Positions 1 to 12,414 of a DNA stretch of 64,000 nt are shown here, piece after piece. A model generated the notes under the pieces. It saw only the letters and a list, made by a program, of their open reading frames with translations. It was not told where the DNA came from and did no database searches. Every line of letters begins with the position of its first letter. Positions within the stretch are counted from its first letter, which is position 1. This DNA is from Guillardia theta CCMP2712 (taxonomy: Eukaryota > Protista > Cryptophyta), in NCBI RefSeq assembly GCF_000315625.1, contig NW_005434656.1, forward strand, positions 62,001-126,000, written 5' to 3'. The translations under genes and the position numbers were made by a program.

Positions 1-1268
1 GGGCGATGTGCTGGGGGATAAGAGAAGGAGAAGCTGGTGATGGTGATGGTGAAGGAGGAGGAGGCGGACATGGCAGTAGAGGAGAAGGACGTGTGTCAAG
101 GAAGGCTGGTTCGGTTGGAGGGACACAGGGAGCAGAGGAGGGAAAAAGCCGCGAGGTAACGTGACCGGGAGGGAGGTAACATGACCCTTGCGTCGATTCG
201 CGATGGAGGTACCGTGATGGCCTCTTCGATCAGTCATCGCTGACTTTTGACTCTCATCATGCTAAAAAAAGAATTACGGAGGTGAAGGAGTCGCTCAGGC
301 AGCATTGAGAGCCCCAGGATGTAACTGCAGATCTGGTGCAAAGGATTATTCAGAATCAGACTTGACTGCAACGCATTGACAGCTCCATCAAGCCTCTGTG
401 CGCCTAGACACGAGACCGTAGTGAAGATCAACCCCGATCGTCCCTACGACTAGACAACGAAGAAGACCCTTGTGCATCCCCTCAGGGTACTTGAGAGGCT
501 TGAGAAACGGTTGCTCGACTTCTGCTTACCTCGTATCGACAAGGAACACACGGTCAGTTCTTTGCTTGGGCCATATGAACATCTGAACAGCAACTATCAA
601 TCACAGAAGCTTTCTACCATCCCTCTCAAATCCCATCAGGCTCCATGGAGGCCATCGCTTCAAGGCAGCGCAGTCCTTTCCCTGGTTATGCATGCAGAAA
701 GCCATACAGGCAGCCTTACACAAGAGCCCATTCATTACATACCCAAATGCCCTCTCCGTTATTCTCCCTTCTCTCTCTCTCTCTACATGCGTCTCCTCTT
801 CACCTCACTGCCCTCTCTTTCCGCCTGCTGCTTCCCTTGTCCCTCCTCTGCTCCTGACGCCTCCCCCTCCTCCGGCCTGCGCTTCTGATGTGCCCGCTCT
901 GTCCTGCTGCTTGACGTCCGTACCCTCCCTTGCAATGTCATCACGTTGCGGAGCAGTGAGCAGCAGTCCTCTGCTGCTGATGATGATGATTGACGTCGCG
1001 GTCGCTCCTCCATCCTGTCGAGGTACGCGCGCTGCTGCGGGCTGAGAGTGAAGGCGGGGCGATGTGCTGGGGGATAAGAGAAGGAGAAGCTGGTGATGGT
1101 GATGGTGAAGGAGGAGGAGGCGGACATGGCAGTAGAGGAGAAGGACGTGTGTCAAGGCTGGTTCGGTTGGAGGGATAGAGGGCTGAGGAAGGAAAAAGCC
1201 GCGAGGTAACGTGACCGGGAGGGAGGTAACATGACCCTTGCGTCGATTCGCGATGGAGGTACCGTGAT
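1..1268. repeat. Direct duplication of ~215 bp (1-218 and 1057-1268; short third remnant ~1309-1346), probably the 5' part of a minus-strand gene family member
   Basis: Near-identical sequence gggcgatgtgctgggggataagag...gcgatggaggtaccgtgat at both positions, with a few indels/substitutions. The left copy runs off the window edge. Confidence 0.9.
234..1127 (-). CDS. Hypothetical spliced protein (possibly a partial or degenerate paralog)
   Basis: ORF 783-1127 (MSASSSF...) starts inside the duplicated block. Downstream exons are unresolved and no domain is recognised. Confidence 0.25.
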
Positions 1269-1399
1269 CGGGTCATCGCCTCTCATCACGCCTCTCCGTC
1301 AAGCCTTTTAGAAGGAGAAGCTGACAGTGATGGTGATGGTGAAGGACAGAGGACATGGGCCGAAAGAAGTAGTGACTTTACTAAGTTACTCTTCAATGC

Positions 1400-1985
1400 C
1401 AGGGTATGCCGCAGTGCTCGGGCTACTGCCGTAGCGGCCCGGTGCCGGGCACGGTAAAAGTTCACCCGGGTTCTCAGTCTCAGCGGCTCGCCACTGCGGC
1501 AGTGGCGTACGCGCTGGCAGGCTGATGATCATCGACTGAGTTTGTAAACTGAGAGTCCGGGGTGGCAACTAACTTGCTTTCAGAGAGAGGCTACTGAAGT
1601 AGATGTTTGTAGCCTGAGCGCCGCTCAGTGTCACTTCAGTGACAGTGACGGGCCGGCCCGGCCGACCGTTCCGAAGCCACTGTGACACCGTAAGTTACCC
1701 GGCGATTCATTGACTTGCTTTTCCAAAGCAGTACGGTACACTGCTGACTCAGGGCCCGGTGGTCCAAGACCCGTGACCGTCTCCGCGCCGTGCGACCGGG
1801 CGGCCCCACCGTCGAGGACTCCGGGAGTATCGAACCGAGTCCGTTACATTTGGAATGATTTTGAAACCGCCGCGGATGACACTGGCCCTATTCAGATGTT
1901 TCAGTGAGCTGTTAGCCCGTTTTAGTGAGTCGCTTTCAGTACCCTCCGGTCTGCCGCACCTCGCGGTTTGACCCGCGCCGCAAAT
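1400..1985. promoter_or_regulatory. GC-rich CCGG/CAGTG-rich intergenic island (putative bidirectional promoter)
   Basis: Dense ccgg, cagtg/cactg and tgac/gtca words between divergent genes. The same style recurs upstream of other genes in the window. Confidence 0.4.
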
Positions 1986-2031
1986 AGAAGATGGCAGGCA
2001 GGTGACAACTCAAGGCCTAGTGGGCACGTTG

Positions 2032-5000
2032 ATGATGGAGGAAGACGTTGAGGAAGGAAACTCAGGGGGTTATGGTTCTTTGTTTGACACAAGACTCCAA
2101 AGACATCATCATACGTATGAGCTCTTGGTCACGAGAAGAAAATCCTTCCCATCACGGAGATATGGCGCGGGTTTATCCATCGTCGTAGCGCTCACAGTCT
2201 TGGTGTCTTTGCTGACACAAACGAATCGAGACCCTTATGTCTATCGATCTCAATCACAAGAGTCTGTCAGCAACCTGCCAAACATTTCGCTCAATCAAAA
2301 CCTCAGCACCCGCAGATTGATCAACGTCACGTCCCTGCAAAACAAGTCTGCGCTCAAGTAACTCATCGAAGATTGTCTGTGCAAGCTTCTCGTAACTCTC
2401 TGCTTTTAGGGACAGCAGTTGGGATGTCAATTGGGGCCTGAAAAATCCAGTCACAGGAGTCGATCGAGCGCAATGCGGCGACTCTGTGGGGTGGGGAAGG
2501 TGAGCGTTTGCCGTTCGTCGAAGTATGCTGACTAGGTTTGAAGTTGGGGGAGCACGGACAAGGAAGCTGTCAACAGGTTCCATGGGCAAGTCGGTCAAAC
2601 TTATACCGTGGAATGTCCAGATGGCTGCGACAATGCCGGCCCGGTCTGGGGCTGCGGCACGTTCCTTGACGACAGCTCAATCTGCAAGGCAGCGATTCTA
2701 ATGGGAATGGCTTCGAAAGACAAGAGCTCAGTGGTATCCTTTCAGTTAGTTGAGCCTCTGATGCAATATCCTGATTGCAAGAAGAATGGCATATCAACAG
2801 ACAGTTGGATGTGGTATGAGTGGAAGAAAGCGAGCAAAGTTGATAAAGTCCAGAGCTACTGCCCTGCGGGATGGCTCAATACGCACACCATAGACCAACC
2901 ATGCGAGGCTCTCCTAAGAAAGTATCGATGGGACTGTAAGATCAGCCATGACATTGAACATTGCTTTGGGGTGAGAGCATTTCAATTCGTCCAGGCATCG
3001 ACTCCTCCCTCCGTAAATCCGCCTTCGGGACAATTCATCGGAACAGTGAAAGTAACTGTAACAGCTCCTGCTGGAGAAAGAATTCTTTGCACCACCGATG
3101 GAAGCGATCCCAGAATCTCGGATGCATTGTTTGACAACCTTGTTTCGGGACAACAAACATTTGAGCTGAAATCAGAGGGAAAGAACACTCTCAAGTGTCA
3201 AGCCATCGCCAGCGGATCTGCGGCAAGCATCATCATCGTTCGAGAGTATGAGGTCCTCACAAAGCTCCCTGCACCCTCGTTCGATCCAAATGGAGGGTCT
3301 TTTGTGGAAGAGGCTCTTGTCGTGATCTCTTGCAGTGTTGCAAATGTTGTGCTGAAGTACTACTTGGACGAGAACCAACCATCCATGGCAAAAGTGTATA
3401 ATGGCCCCGTTCGAATCCAAACGACTGGTAGCAAAATATTTGCGTATGCAACTGGTCATCCAATTTTGAAAGATAGTGACATTTCAGCTTCCAATAGTTT
3501 CTTCATCCAAGCCAAATCGCCAGGTATAGCTTTGCCGGGCGCTATTTCAGTTGGATTTGCTATTGTAAACGTCACGGTTCAGCGTCCTGATGAGCAAGCT
3601 TTCTGCACGTCTGATGGAAGTACACCGACCCGATTATCGAATAGATGTGATCAACATGGAATCATGGTGATGAATAACCATGCTCGAGTCAAAGCTTTGG
3701 TTGTTGGCAACGATGTTATGCCATCGAATATTACTACTTCAGACTTGATAACGATCCGATCCTACGCTCCTGTGATTGAACCAGACGGAGGTAGATTTCA
3801 GGATATGGCCGAGGTTTCATTGGACTATCCAGCCCCTGGATTGTATAAGATATATTTCACTCTGAACGGAAGGGATCCTGACGCAAAATCATCAGAATAT
3901 ACCACAGCGATTTCAATCGTCGAAACGCGGACAATTGTCAAAGCATTTGCTATCTCAGGAGACTTGGAGCCTAGCTTAATTTCTGTGTCAGACCCATACA
4001 TCATTCTTTCACTAAGCCCAGCCTTGCAGCCCCCAGCAGGGCAATACGTTGACCAAGTAACAGTGACCTTGATATGCACTGATCCAACAGCAAAAATTTT
4101 CTATACGCTGGACGGGAGGGATCCAAACACAAATTCAGATCAGTACAAATCTCCCATTGTGGTAAAAAATAATGGAACGTACTTGCGGGCAATCTCAAAA
4201 AGCCCTAAAAAAGATCCCAGCGAGATAGTACAAGCTGAATACTCAATCAAAACAGCGACACCTCAATTGACAGGAGCTGAGGGAGCTCACGAGACAGTAG
4301 CTGAAATCCATGCTACGTGCACAAGTCAGAATGCAAAACTGTATTATACCTTGGATGGAAGTATACCAAATCAATTTTCGCAGCGAGCACAAAACAACAA
4401 AATTCAAGTAAAAGCAACTGGATCTCAAGTCAAAGTAATAGCCATCAGCGACAGGAAAGAAGCAAGCGATGTAGTCACCACAGACACCATCGTTGTATCT
4501 ACGGCTATACCAACGATAATACCAAATGGAGGAGATTTTGTTGACGTCGCGACTGTCAGCATATCCAGCGCAACGCCAGGGGCAGAGATCTACTACACCC
4601 TCGACGGCTCGACCCCCACCGCCCAATCAAGAATGTACGTCGCGCCTGTTCTCGTGGAGTCGACGGACGTGGTCGTCAAGGCCATGGCGAGGCATCACCT
4701 GCTGGAGGACAGCGAGGTCATCAGCTCGGATGTCTTCCACGTTCATGCCTCGGTGCCGACGTTCGAGCCTGACGGAGGCTCGTTCGTAGAAAGCGTCGAG
4801 GTGACCATCTCGTCCGCCACTCCGGGCGCTGAGATCCGATGCACGACCGACGGGTCCGAGCCGTCTGAGACCACCAGCGTGTGTCAGAACCCCGTCACCA
4901 TCTCGACGACAGGAGCGGTCATCAAGGCGATCGCGACCAAGCACGAGCTCTCGCCGAGCGAGGTCGCGGTGCTGCAGGCGCCGTTTGTGATCAAGGCGAT

Positions 5001-8000
5001 GGCGCCATCGTTCTCGCCGGACGGGGGGACGTACGTGGAGTCGGTGAAGGTGACGCTGTCGTCGCAGACCGCGGGGTCTCGCATCTACTACACCCTGGAC
5101 GGCTCGACGCCGACGGCAGAGTCCAATCTGTACGGCGAGCCGATCGAGCTGGAGGGGACCGGCACCGTCGTGCGGGCGGTGGCAGTTGCAGAAGGGAAGG
5201 CCCCGAGCGAGGTAGCAGAGTCGCGGGAGTACGTGATCGAGACGTCGCCGGTAGAGTACGAAGCGTCGGGAGACGCGTGGGGAACGGCGACGGCGTCGGA
5301 GAAAGGCTTCATCGAGGAGGTATGCAGGCCCGCGCGAAGAGGAGGTCTCAGAGAGGCGTAGGCGTGTAGCGAGGCAGCAGGGAGGGCGCGGTGGTAGACC
5401 AAGGCAAGCGAGGCGACGAGGAGGGGGCGAGGGGCCACGATGAAGGGTAGAGAGGATCGAGAGGGCAGGGAGAGGAGAGAGGCTTGGGAGGGGAAGGCGG
5501 GTACGAGGCCCTGACGCGACGTCCGTGCAGGCCAAGATCACGATGACGAGCAAGACTCCAGGAGCTCAGATCTACTACACCATGGACGACAGCAACCCGA
5601 CCGTGTCGTCGACACGATACGACGGGGTGGCCGTGGTTGACAAGGTCTACGGAGAGCGCGTCGTCAAGGCCATCGCCGAAGCGCCAGGGAAGGCCCCCAG
5701 CTCGGTGACCACGTCGGTGATCTTCGACGTGTTCCAGCGGGAGAAGAAGCCGCGGCTGCTGCCGGACGGCCCCGGGCCCTACGTCACGAGGGTCAAGGTC
5801 AGCATAGAGGCCCAGCCAGGCGACTCGGTACGCTACACCACCGACGGGTCAGACCCGTCGAGCTCGAGCACGGCAGAGGAGTACAAGGAAGGCTTCGACA
5901 TTGACGCCATCGGGGTCACGGAGGTGCGGGCGGTGGCATCCAAGGCAGGGATGGCGGACTCTCTGCCGATGGTGCAGAGCTACACAGTCCTCGAGCAGGT
6001 CAAGACGCCCACCATCAGCCCATCGTCGGGGCTCTTCACTCACGAGGTCGACATCACCCTCGCCTGCGCGACGCAGGGGGCCTCCATCCACTACACCACT
6101 GACGGGAGCGAGCCCAACGCTGCGTCCCCGGTCTACACGGGCCAGCCGATCACCCTGACAGACGACGGGACAAGACAACAGTCTTTCGAGGTGAAGGCGA
6201 TAGCGATCAAGGCTCCGAGCATGGGAGACAGCGAGGTGGCTCAGTCGGGCGCCATCACGGTACAGCCGCAGGTCATGACGCCGGTGATAGAGCCGGCAGC
6301 TCCAGGACCGTACGAGGACGGGGTGAACGTGACTATCTACTGCAACACCCCCGGGTCAACCATCTACTGGACAGACGACGGGTCCACGCCTACGAAAGAG
6401 TCCAACGTCTACACAGGCGGCAGCATCGCCGTCAAGCAGACGGGGGTCGAGATACGGGCAGTCCCGAATATGGGGGACTCGGAAGTAGTTTCTTCTCCAT
6501 CGTATCACCTTACCCTTTCGCCTCCTGTCATCTATCCCGATGGAGGAACCTTCATTGAGACTGTTGATGTTCATCTTTCGTGTAAGTTTCCAGGCCAGGG
6601 GCAGAGATCTATTACACCCTCGACGGCTCGACCCCCACCGCCCAATCAAGAATGTACGTCGCGCCTGTTCTCGTGGAGTCGACGGACGTGGTTGTCAAGG
6701 CCATGGCGAGGCATCACCTGCTGGAGGACAGCGAGGTCATCAGCTCGGATGTCTTCCACGTTCATGCCTCGGTGCCGACGTTCGAGCCTGACGGAGGCTC
6801 GTTCGTAGAAAGCGTCGAGGTGACCATCTCGTCCGCCACTCCGGGCGCTGAGATCCGATGCACGACCGACGGGTCCGAGCCGTCTGAGACCACCAGCGTG
6901 TGTCAGAACCCCGTCACCATCTCGGCGACAGGAGCGGTCATCAAGGCGATCGCGACCAAGCACGAGCTCTCGCCGAGCGAGGTCGCGGTGCTGCAGGCGC
7001 CGTTTGTGATCAAGGCGATGGCGCCATCGTTCTCGCCGGACGGGGGGACGTACGTGGAGTCGGTGAAGGTGACGCTGTCGTCGCAGACCGCGGGGTCTCG
7101 CATCTACTACACCCTGGACGGCTCGACGCCGACGGCAGAGTCCAATCTGTACGGCGAGCCGATCGAGCTGGAGGGGACCGGCACCGTCGTGCGGGCGGTG
7201 GCAGTTGCAGAAGGGAAGGCCCCGAGCGAGGTAGCAGAGTCGCGGGAGTACGTGATCGAGACGTCGCCGGTAGAGTACGAAGCGTCGGGAGACGCGTGGG
7301 GAACGGCGACGGCGTCGGAGAAAGGCTTCATCGAGGAGGTATGCAGGCCCGCGCGAAGAGGAGGTCTCAGAGAGGCGTAGGCGTGTAGCGAGGCAGCAGG
7401 GAGGGCGCGGTGGTAGACCAAGGCAAGCGAGGCGACGAGGAGGGGGCGAGGGGCCACGATGAAGGGTAGAGAGGATCGAGAGGGCAGGGAGAGGAGAGAG
7501 GCTTGGGAGGGGAAGGCGGGTACGAGGCCCTGACGCGACGTCCGTGCAGGCCAAGATCACGATGACGAGCAAGACTCCAGGAGCTCAGATCTACTACACC
7601 ATGGACGACAGCAACCCGACCGTGTCGTCGACACGATACGACGGGGTGGCCGTGGTTGACAAGGTCTACGGAGAGCGCGTCGTCAAGGCCATCGCCGAAG
7701 CGCCAGGGAAGGCCCCCAGCTCGGTGACCACGTCGGTGATCTTCGACGTGTTCCAGCGGGAGAAGAAGCCGCGGCTGCTGCCGGACGGCCCCGGGCCCTA
7801 CGTCACGAGGGTCAAGGTCAGCATAGAGGCCCAGCCAGGCGACTCGGTACGCTACACCACCGACGGGTCAGACCCGTCGAGCTCGAGCACGGCAGAGGAG
7901 TACAAGGAAGGCTTCGACATTGACGCCATCGGGGTCACGGAGGTGCGGGCGGTGGCATCCAAGGCAGGGATGGCGGACTCTCTGCCGATGGTGCAGAGCT

Positions 8001-10156
8001 ACACAGTCCTCGAGCAGGTCAAGACGCCCACCATCAGCCCATCGTCGGGGCTCTTCACTCACGAGGTCGACATCACCCTCGCCTGCGCGACGCAGGGGGC
8101 CTCCATCCACTACACCACTGACGGGAGCGAGCCCAACGCTGCGTCCCCGGTCTACACGGGCCAGCCGATCACCCTGACAGACGACGGGACAAGACAACAG
8201 TCTTTCGAGGTGAAGGCGATAGCGATCAAGGCTCCGAGCATGGGAGACAGCGAGGTGGCTCAGTCGGGCGCCATCACGGTACAGCCGCAGGTCAGGACGC
8301 CGATGATAGAGCCGGCAGCTCCAGGACCGTACGAGGACGGGGTGAACGTGACTATCTACTGCAACACCCCCGGGTCAACCATCTACTGGACAGACGACGG
8401 GTCCACGCCTACGAAAGAGTCCAACGTCTACACAGGCGGCAGCATCGCCGTCAAGCAGACGGGGGTCGAGATACGGGCAGTCGCCGTCGCAGACAAGATG
8501 GCCGGCAGCGAGGTCGCAAGCTCAGGCGTGTACGACGTCACAGCGGCGAAGCCAAGCATCAAGCCGGACGGAGGAGATTTTGTAGACGTCGCGACTGTCA
8601 GCATATCCAGCGCAACGCCAGGGGCAGAGATCTACTACACCCTTGACGGGTCAGTTCCAACTGAGCAATCGTCGAGGTACACAGTTCCGATCTCCTTGTT
8701 CTCGTCTGCTCGTGTCAGTGCCATCGCGTTCAGCCCTGGAGTGTTGGCGAGTCCTGTCGTGTTGTCCGAGGCTTTCAGGATCCTACCGCACCCTCCCTTG
8801 TTCTCCTCGTCCGGCGGTTTCTTCCTAGACGAGGCCAAGGTTTATATGTGGAGCCCAACCAAAGGACGAAATTCGCTGTACCACCGACGGTTCGATTCCT
8901 ACTCTAGACACTGCCGTTTGCCCTTCGTCTCTGACGATCCGTCGATCTGGTACGATCGTCAAGGCCATCGCAACTCTTGATGGAGGGGAGGACAGCTTGG
9001 TCAATTCAACATCGATCTTTTACATCAAGACAAGTACCCCCATGTTGTCCCAGAACGGCGGGGAGATCGATGATTCGGCCTTCATCAATTTCATCCATCC
9101 CTCCAAGGACGCCAAGTTCTTTTGTACTTTCAATCAGCTTCTGCCCAAAGAGCAGTATGCTCCGTGTGGAAGCTCAGTCTACGTGAATGAGACAGGGACT
9201 GTCTTGTCGTTCTATGCAGCAGTCGACGGGCAGATAGCCAGCGCCATCAGTCACTCGCTCAAGTTCATCGTCATGGCTGGCAAGTGCACTTTCTTCGCCA
9301 TCGGCAAGTTCATGCCGGGAGCGAATCAGACGTATCGGATCGAGTACTTCGTGGACGAGGTGAGGGAGGAGCTGAGGCGGGCCTCTTGCCTGACGCGACT
9401 GCAGGCCTGGGTGATCATCGGCTCGCGCACTCCGGGAGCGAAGATCATGTACATCACGAACAAGATGTGTAAGTCAACTCTGCTCCCTAAGTTACACCGC
9501 TCCTTAAGTCAAAAGTCAAACCCGTTCCCTAAGTCAACCCCGTTCCAAACACCCTCCCATAAATTCATTTTGCCTAACGCCTCTTCCCAGCTTGGTACTC
9601 GTACGACCCGGAGGAGAAGCAGGACTGCTGCTACGGCTACCACAACTTCTACAAGCCCATACAAATCTGGGCCAAGGGATACCCGACGGTCATCACGGCG
9701 GTGGCCTCGGCTCCGGGCAAGACGAGGTCAAGAACATTCTTGTCGCCCTTGTACAAGCTCTTTGAGCAGCTGAGAGACCCTGTGATTGAGCCTGCTGGGC
9801 CTGGGCCCTTCAAGGACCTCGTCGAGGTAGACCTCCTCCTCCCCATCATCATCATCATCATCATCATCGTCGTCGTCATACTCACGCTGCCCCCGCAGGT
9901 CTCAATCGGAAGAATCAAAGCAGGAAGCGTCCCGGTCGTGGTACGATACACGCTGGATGGGTCAGAGCCATCGTGCTCGTCGGGAATCGTCTACACGAAG
10001 CCGATTTTCATCAGCAAGATCGGGGAAACAACGTTAAGAGCCATCGGATGTGCGCCCCCGGTGGACATGGGAACTGACGAGTCTGCGTTGAGCAAGAATG
10101 GCTACACGGACTCGCGCGTGGTGACAACGAGCTACATTGTACAAAAGAGCTCATAG
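2032..10156 (+). CDS. Large type-II membrane/surface protein: N-terminal TM, LCCL domain, ~25 Fn3_assoc (CHB_HEX_C-like) repeats; spliced; two apparent frameshifts (~6590, ~8866)
   Basis: TM segment GLSIVVALTVLVSLL; LCCL signature VECPDGC...PVWGCGTFLDDSSICKAAI; repeated P-x-F-x-P-D-G-G...IYYTLDGSTP...VKAIA motifs; GT-AG introns, e.g. 5320-5530 and 7339-7549. Confidence 0.85.
4576..8482 (+). repeat. Intragenic direct duplication 4576-6463 = 6595-8482 (period 2019 bp), including an identical intron; additional short copy 4527-4605 = 8570-8648
   Basis: Duplicate ORFs offset by exactly 2019 bp. Only a handful of substitutions are visible. Confidence 0.97.
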
Positions 10157-10258
10157 GAAAGAGCATCTGCTGGTTCAAAGTAGCTTGCGCGCCTTTGTTT
10201 ATATATGTTCATCGCACTTAATGTAATGACATGTCATAAAAATTGTTTGCGGGATCTG

Positions 10259-11806
10259 TCAAATCTTCGAGACCATGCCTCCCTGCACTACAATCCCCCG
10301 AGTCTCGCCATGCTTCATCACCTCAAAATCCGTAGGCTTCATCTTCCTCCTCTCAAGCTCCGCCTGCACCACCTTGGGAGGATCCAACACGTGCTCCAGC
10401 GCCTTCTGCCGTAGCGTACCCCAGTGGCAGCCAACGCTCCAGCTCGATCCGAGGGCCAGGTGGATCTGCACCGCGTCCTCAGGAGAGGCATGATGGTCCT
10501 TCATGAACTTGCGGGGCAGGTACGCGCCTATGGGGATCAGCGAGCAGTGGATCTTTCCCACCCTCCTCCTGATCTCTTCAAACACCTGCCGGCAAGTCTC
10601 AGCCTTAACAGCGCCCGGCACACGATCATACAGGGCAGTGCGCAGTGTCTCCGGCGAAGAAGAAAGTCGGGCCCCCGGCATCCCTATAAGCAACGTCAAA
10701 GGGGTCCCGGCCCGCCCGTGGGCACCCACCTGACGACCCAGCTGCACCATAAGGTCTTGCAAGCATCGAAGGGAGTGCGGGCGGACCAGTGCTGACAAGG
10801 CGTGCACGTGATCTGCAGCAACGAGCTTGAGAGGGCGAGCAGCCAAGGCTCGGAATCCTCTACCTCTACGTTGCTCTTGCCGAACTTGACAGACTGCCAC
10901 CAGTCCATCTCCACAACGTTTGTGATCCCTTCCCCCAAGAACCACTCCTTCAGCCCTAGCCCGACGTACCACACGGGGCCGTTGCCGAGCTTCCTGACCT
11001 GGAGGAGATCCGGGTGAGCGAAGAGGATGGGCAGAGGTCACAGACCGTGTCAAGGTCAAGGTGGTCGTAGTGGCTGTGTGAGATCACGACGAAGTCGATC
11101 TTGGGGAGTTTTTCAACTCCGAAAGGAAGCTTCGCATACCGCCAGGGTCCCATGAAAGGCACGGGAGACGCGCGGTTGGAGAAGACTGCGAAAGGAGGTT
11201 GGCTGGACATCAAACGAGAAGAAAGGAGGGTGCAGGGGGAAGGGGGGAGACGGAAGGTGGAAGGCGGGGGGGTAGCAAGGAGCAGGGGGCAGGGGGTAGC
11301 AAGGAGCAGGGGGGAGCTACCAGGATCCGTGAGAAAGTTCAAGCCGCCTATTTGGACGAGGAAGGAGGAATGACCTGCAGGAGAAGAAGGATTGAGGAGG
11401 AGGAACCGGATCAAGAGCAAGGTGACCGATCCAAGTGAGCGTGATGGAGCTTGGCGGTGGAGCGCTGATCAAGTTCCAGTTGGTCTGACTGAGCGGGAGG
11501 TACTTGTCGAGCTCCTCCTGCGACGGGAGAGACGCTCTCTTGGTCTTCGACTCGTACATGAACTTGAGCACCTTCATGCAAGATTAGGTGAGAGGAGGAG
11601 AGAGGGGCGATGGTGACCTTGAAGGCTTTCCCTTTGAACATCTCGTGATCCATCCAAGGATTCACGAACTTTCCCTGGTTCTTCTTCGATGCAAAGTCAT
11701 CTCCCAACGAAGCCTCCGAGTCCAGTTTGGTCACGACTGAGGTAGGGAGCCATGCGCCCCCGTCGAACTCATCCTGCAGCCTGCGGGTCTTGATTGGACG
11801 AGCCAT
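10259..11806 (-). CDS. NAPEPLD: N-acyl-phosphatidylethanolamine-hydrolysing phospholipase D-like (metallo-beta-lactamase fold), spliced
   Basis: Motifs KFVNPW, TWIGHSSFLVQ, LTDP(V)FSNRASP, ISHSHYDHLD, TPCQHWSART, LWCSWVV, FFAGDT, PIGAY, HWGT. Confidence 0.9.
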
Positions 11807-12109
11807 CGCTACTACGCAGCTCCTGCTCTCAATCAGCTCGACAAGTTCATATCCCTCCTCTACCCGTGTCTTCCCCTCCTATGCTCATAGCTGCATCACC
11901 AACCCCACATCGTCTCCTTCTCTTTTGTTGTCAGTCTACTCCTCCTCTCTTACCTCTTTTCGCTCTCTGGCTCGGCTGCTGCAGTTGAGGCAAAGCAATT
12001 CAGTTGCTCAACTGCAGCTGAGTTTTTGTAAGACAACCTGTTCTACTTGTGAGAGACGAAAACAGACCTCCTCCTTCACATAATCTCAAGGTTATGCCTC
12101 CCTCACTCG

Positions 12110-12184
12110 CTCTCCCTCCCTCCCTCCCTCCCTCCCTCCCTCCCTCCCTCCCTCCCTCCCTCCCTCCCTCCCTCCCTCCCTCCC
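12110..12184. repeat. (CCCT)n microsatellite
   Basis: Perfect tetranucleotide run. Confidence 0.95.
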
Positions 12185-12199
12185 GCCTTGCGCATTTCC

Positions 12200-12410
12200 G
12201 CTCAAGTTACTGTGGTTTAAGTCCGTCTTTGTTGCACCGGCACAGTTCACTGAGCCGGGCCGGGGAACCCGGGCTGTGCCGCGCGGCCGTGCTTTCGAGT
12301 CGGCCAGAGTTTAGTAGTTTAGTACGGCGGCGCGGGGCCCGCCCGGGGCGAGTCCGGCGCGTCACCGTCTGGCCTGACTGCCCTTCTCTGTGACCCGTCT
12401 GCGTCATATC
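12200..12410. promoter_or_regulatory. GC-rich CCGG island upstream of NAPE-PLD
   Basis: Same composition as 1400-1985, 23520-24000, 45120-45270 and 47380-47620. Confidence 0.4.
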
Positions 12411-12414
12411 AGAT

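Noticed and set aside
6582-6598. 17-nt ultra-small intron
   Set aside because: Far below the local intron size, and it would delete conserved repeat residues. A 5-bp duplication explains the sequence better.
4627-7572. 308-aa Arg-rich antisense ORFs
   Set aside because: Shadow ORFs of a GC3-rich sense coding sequence.
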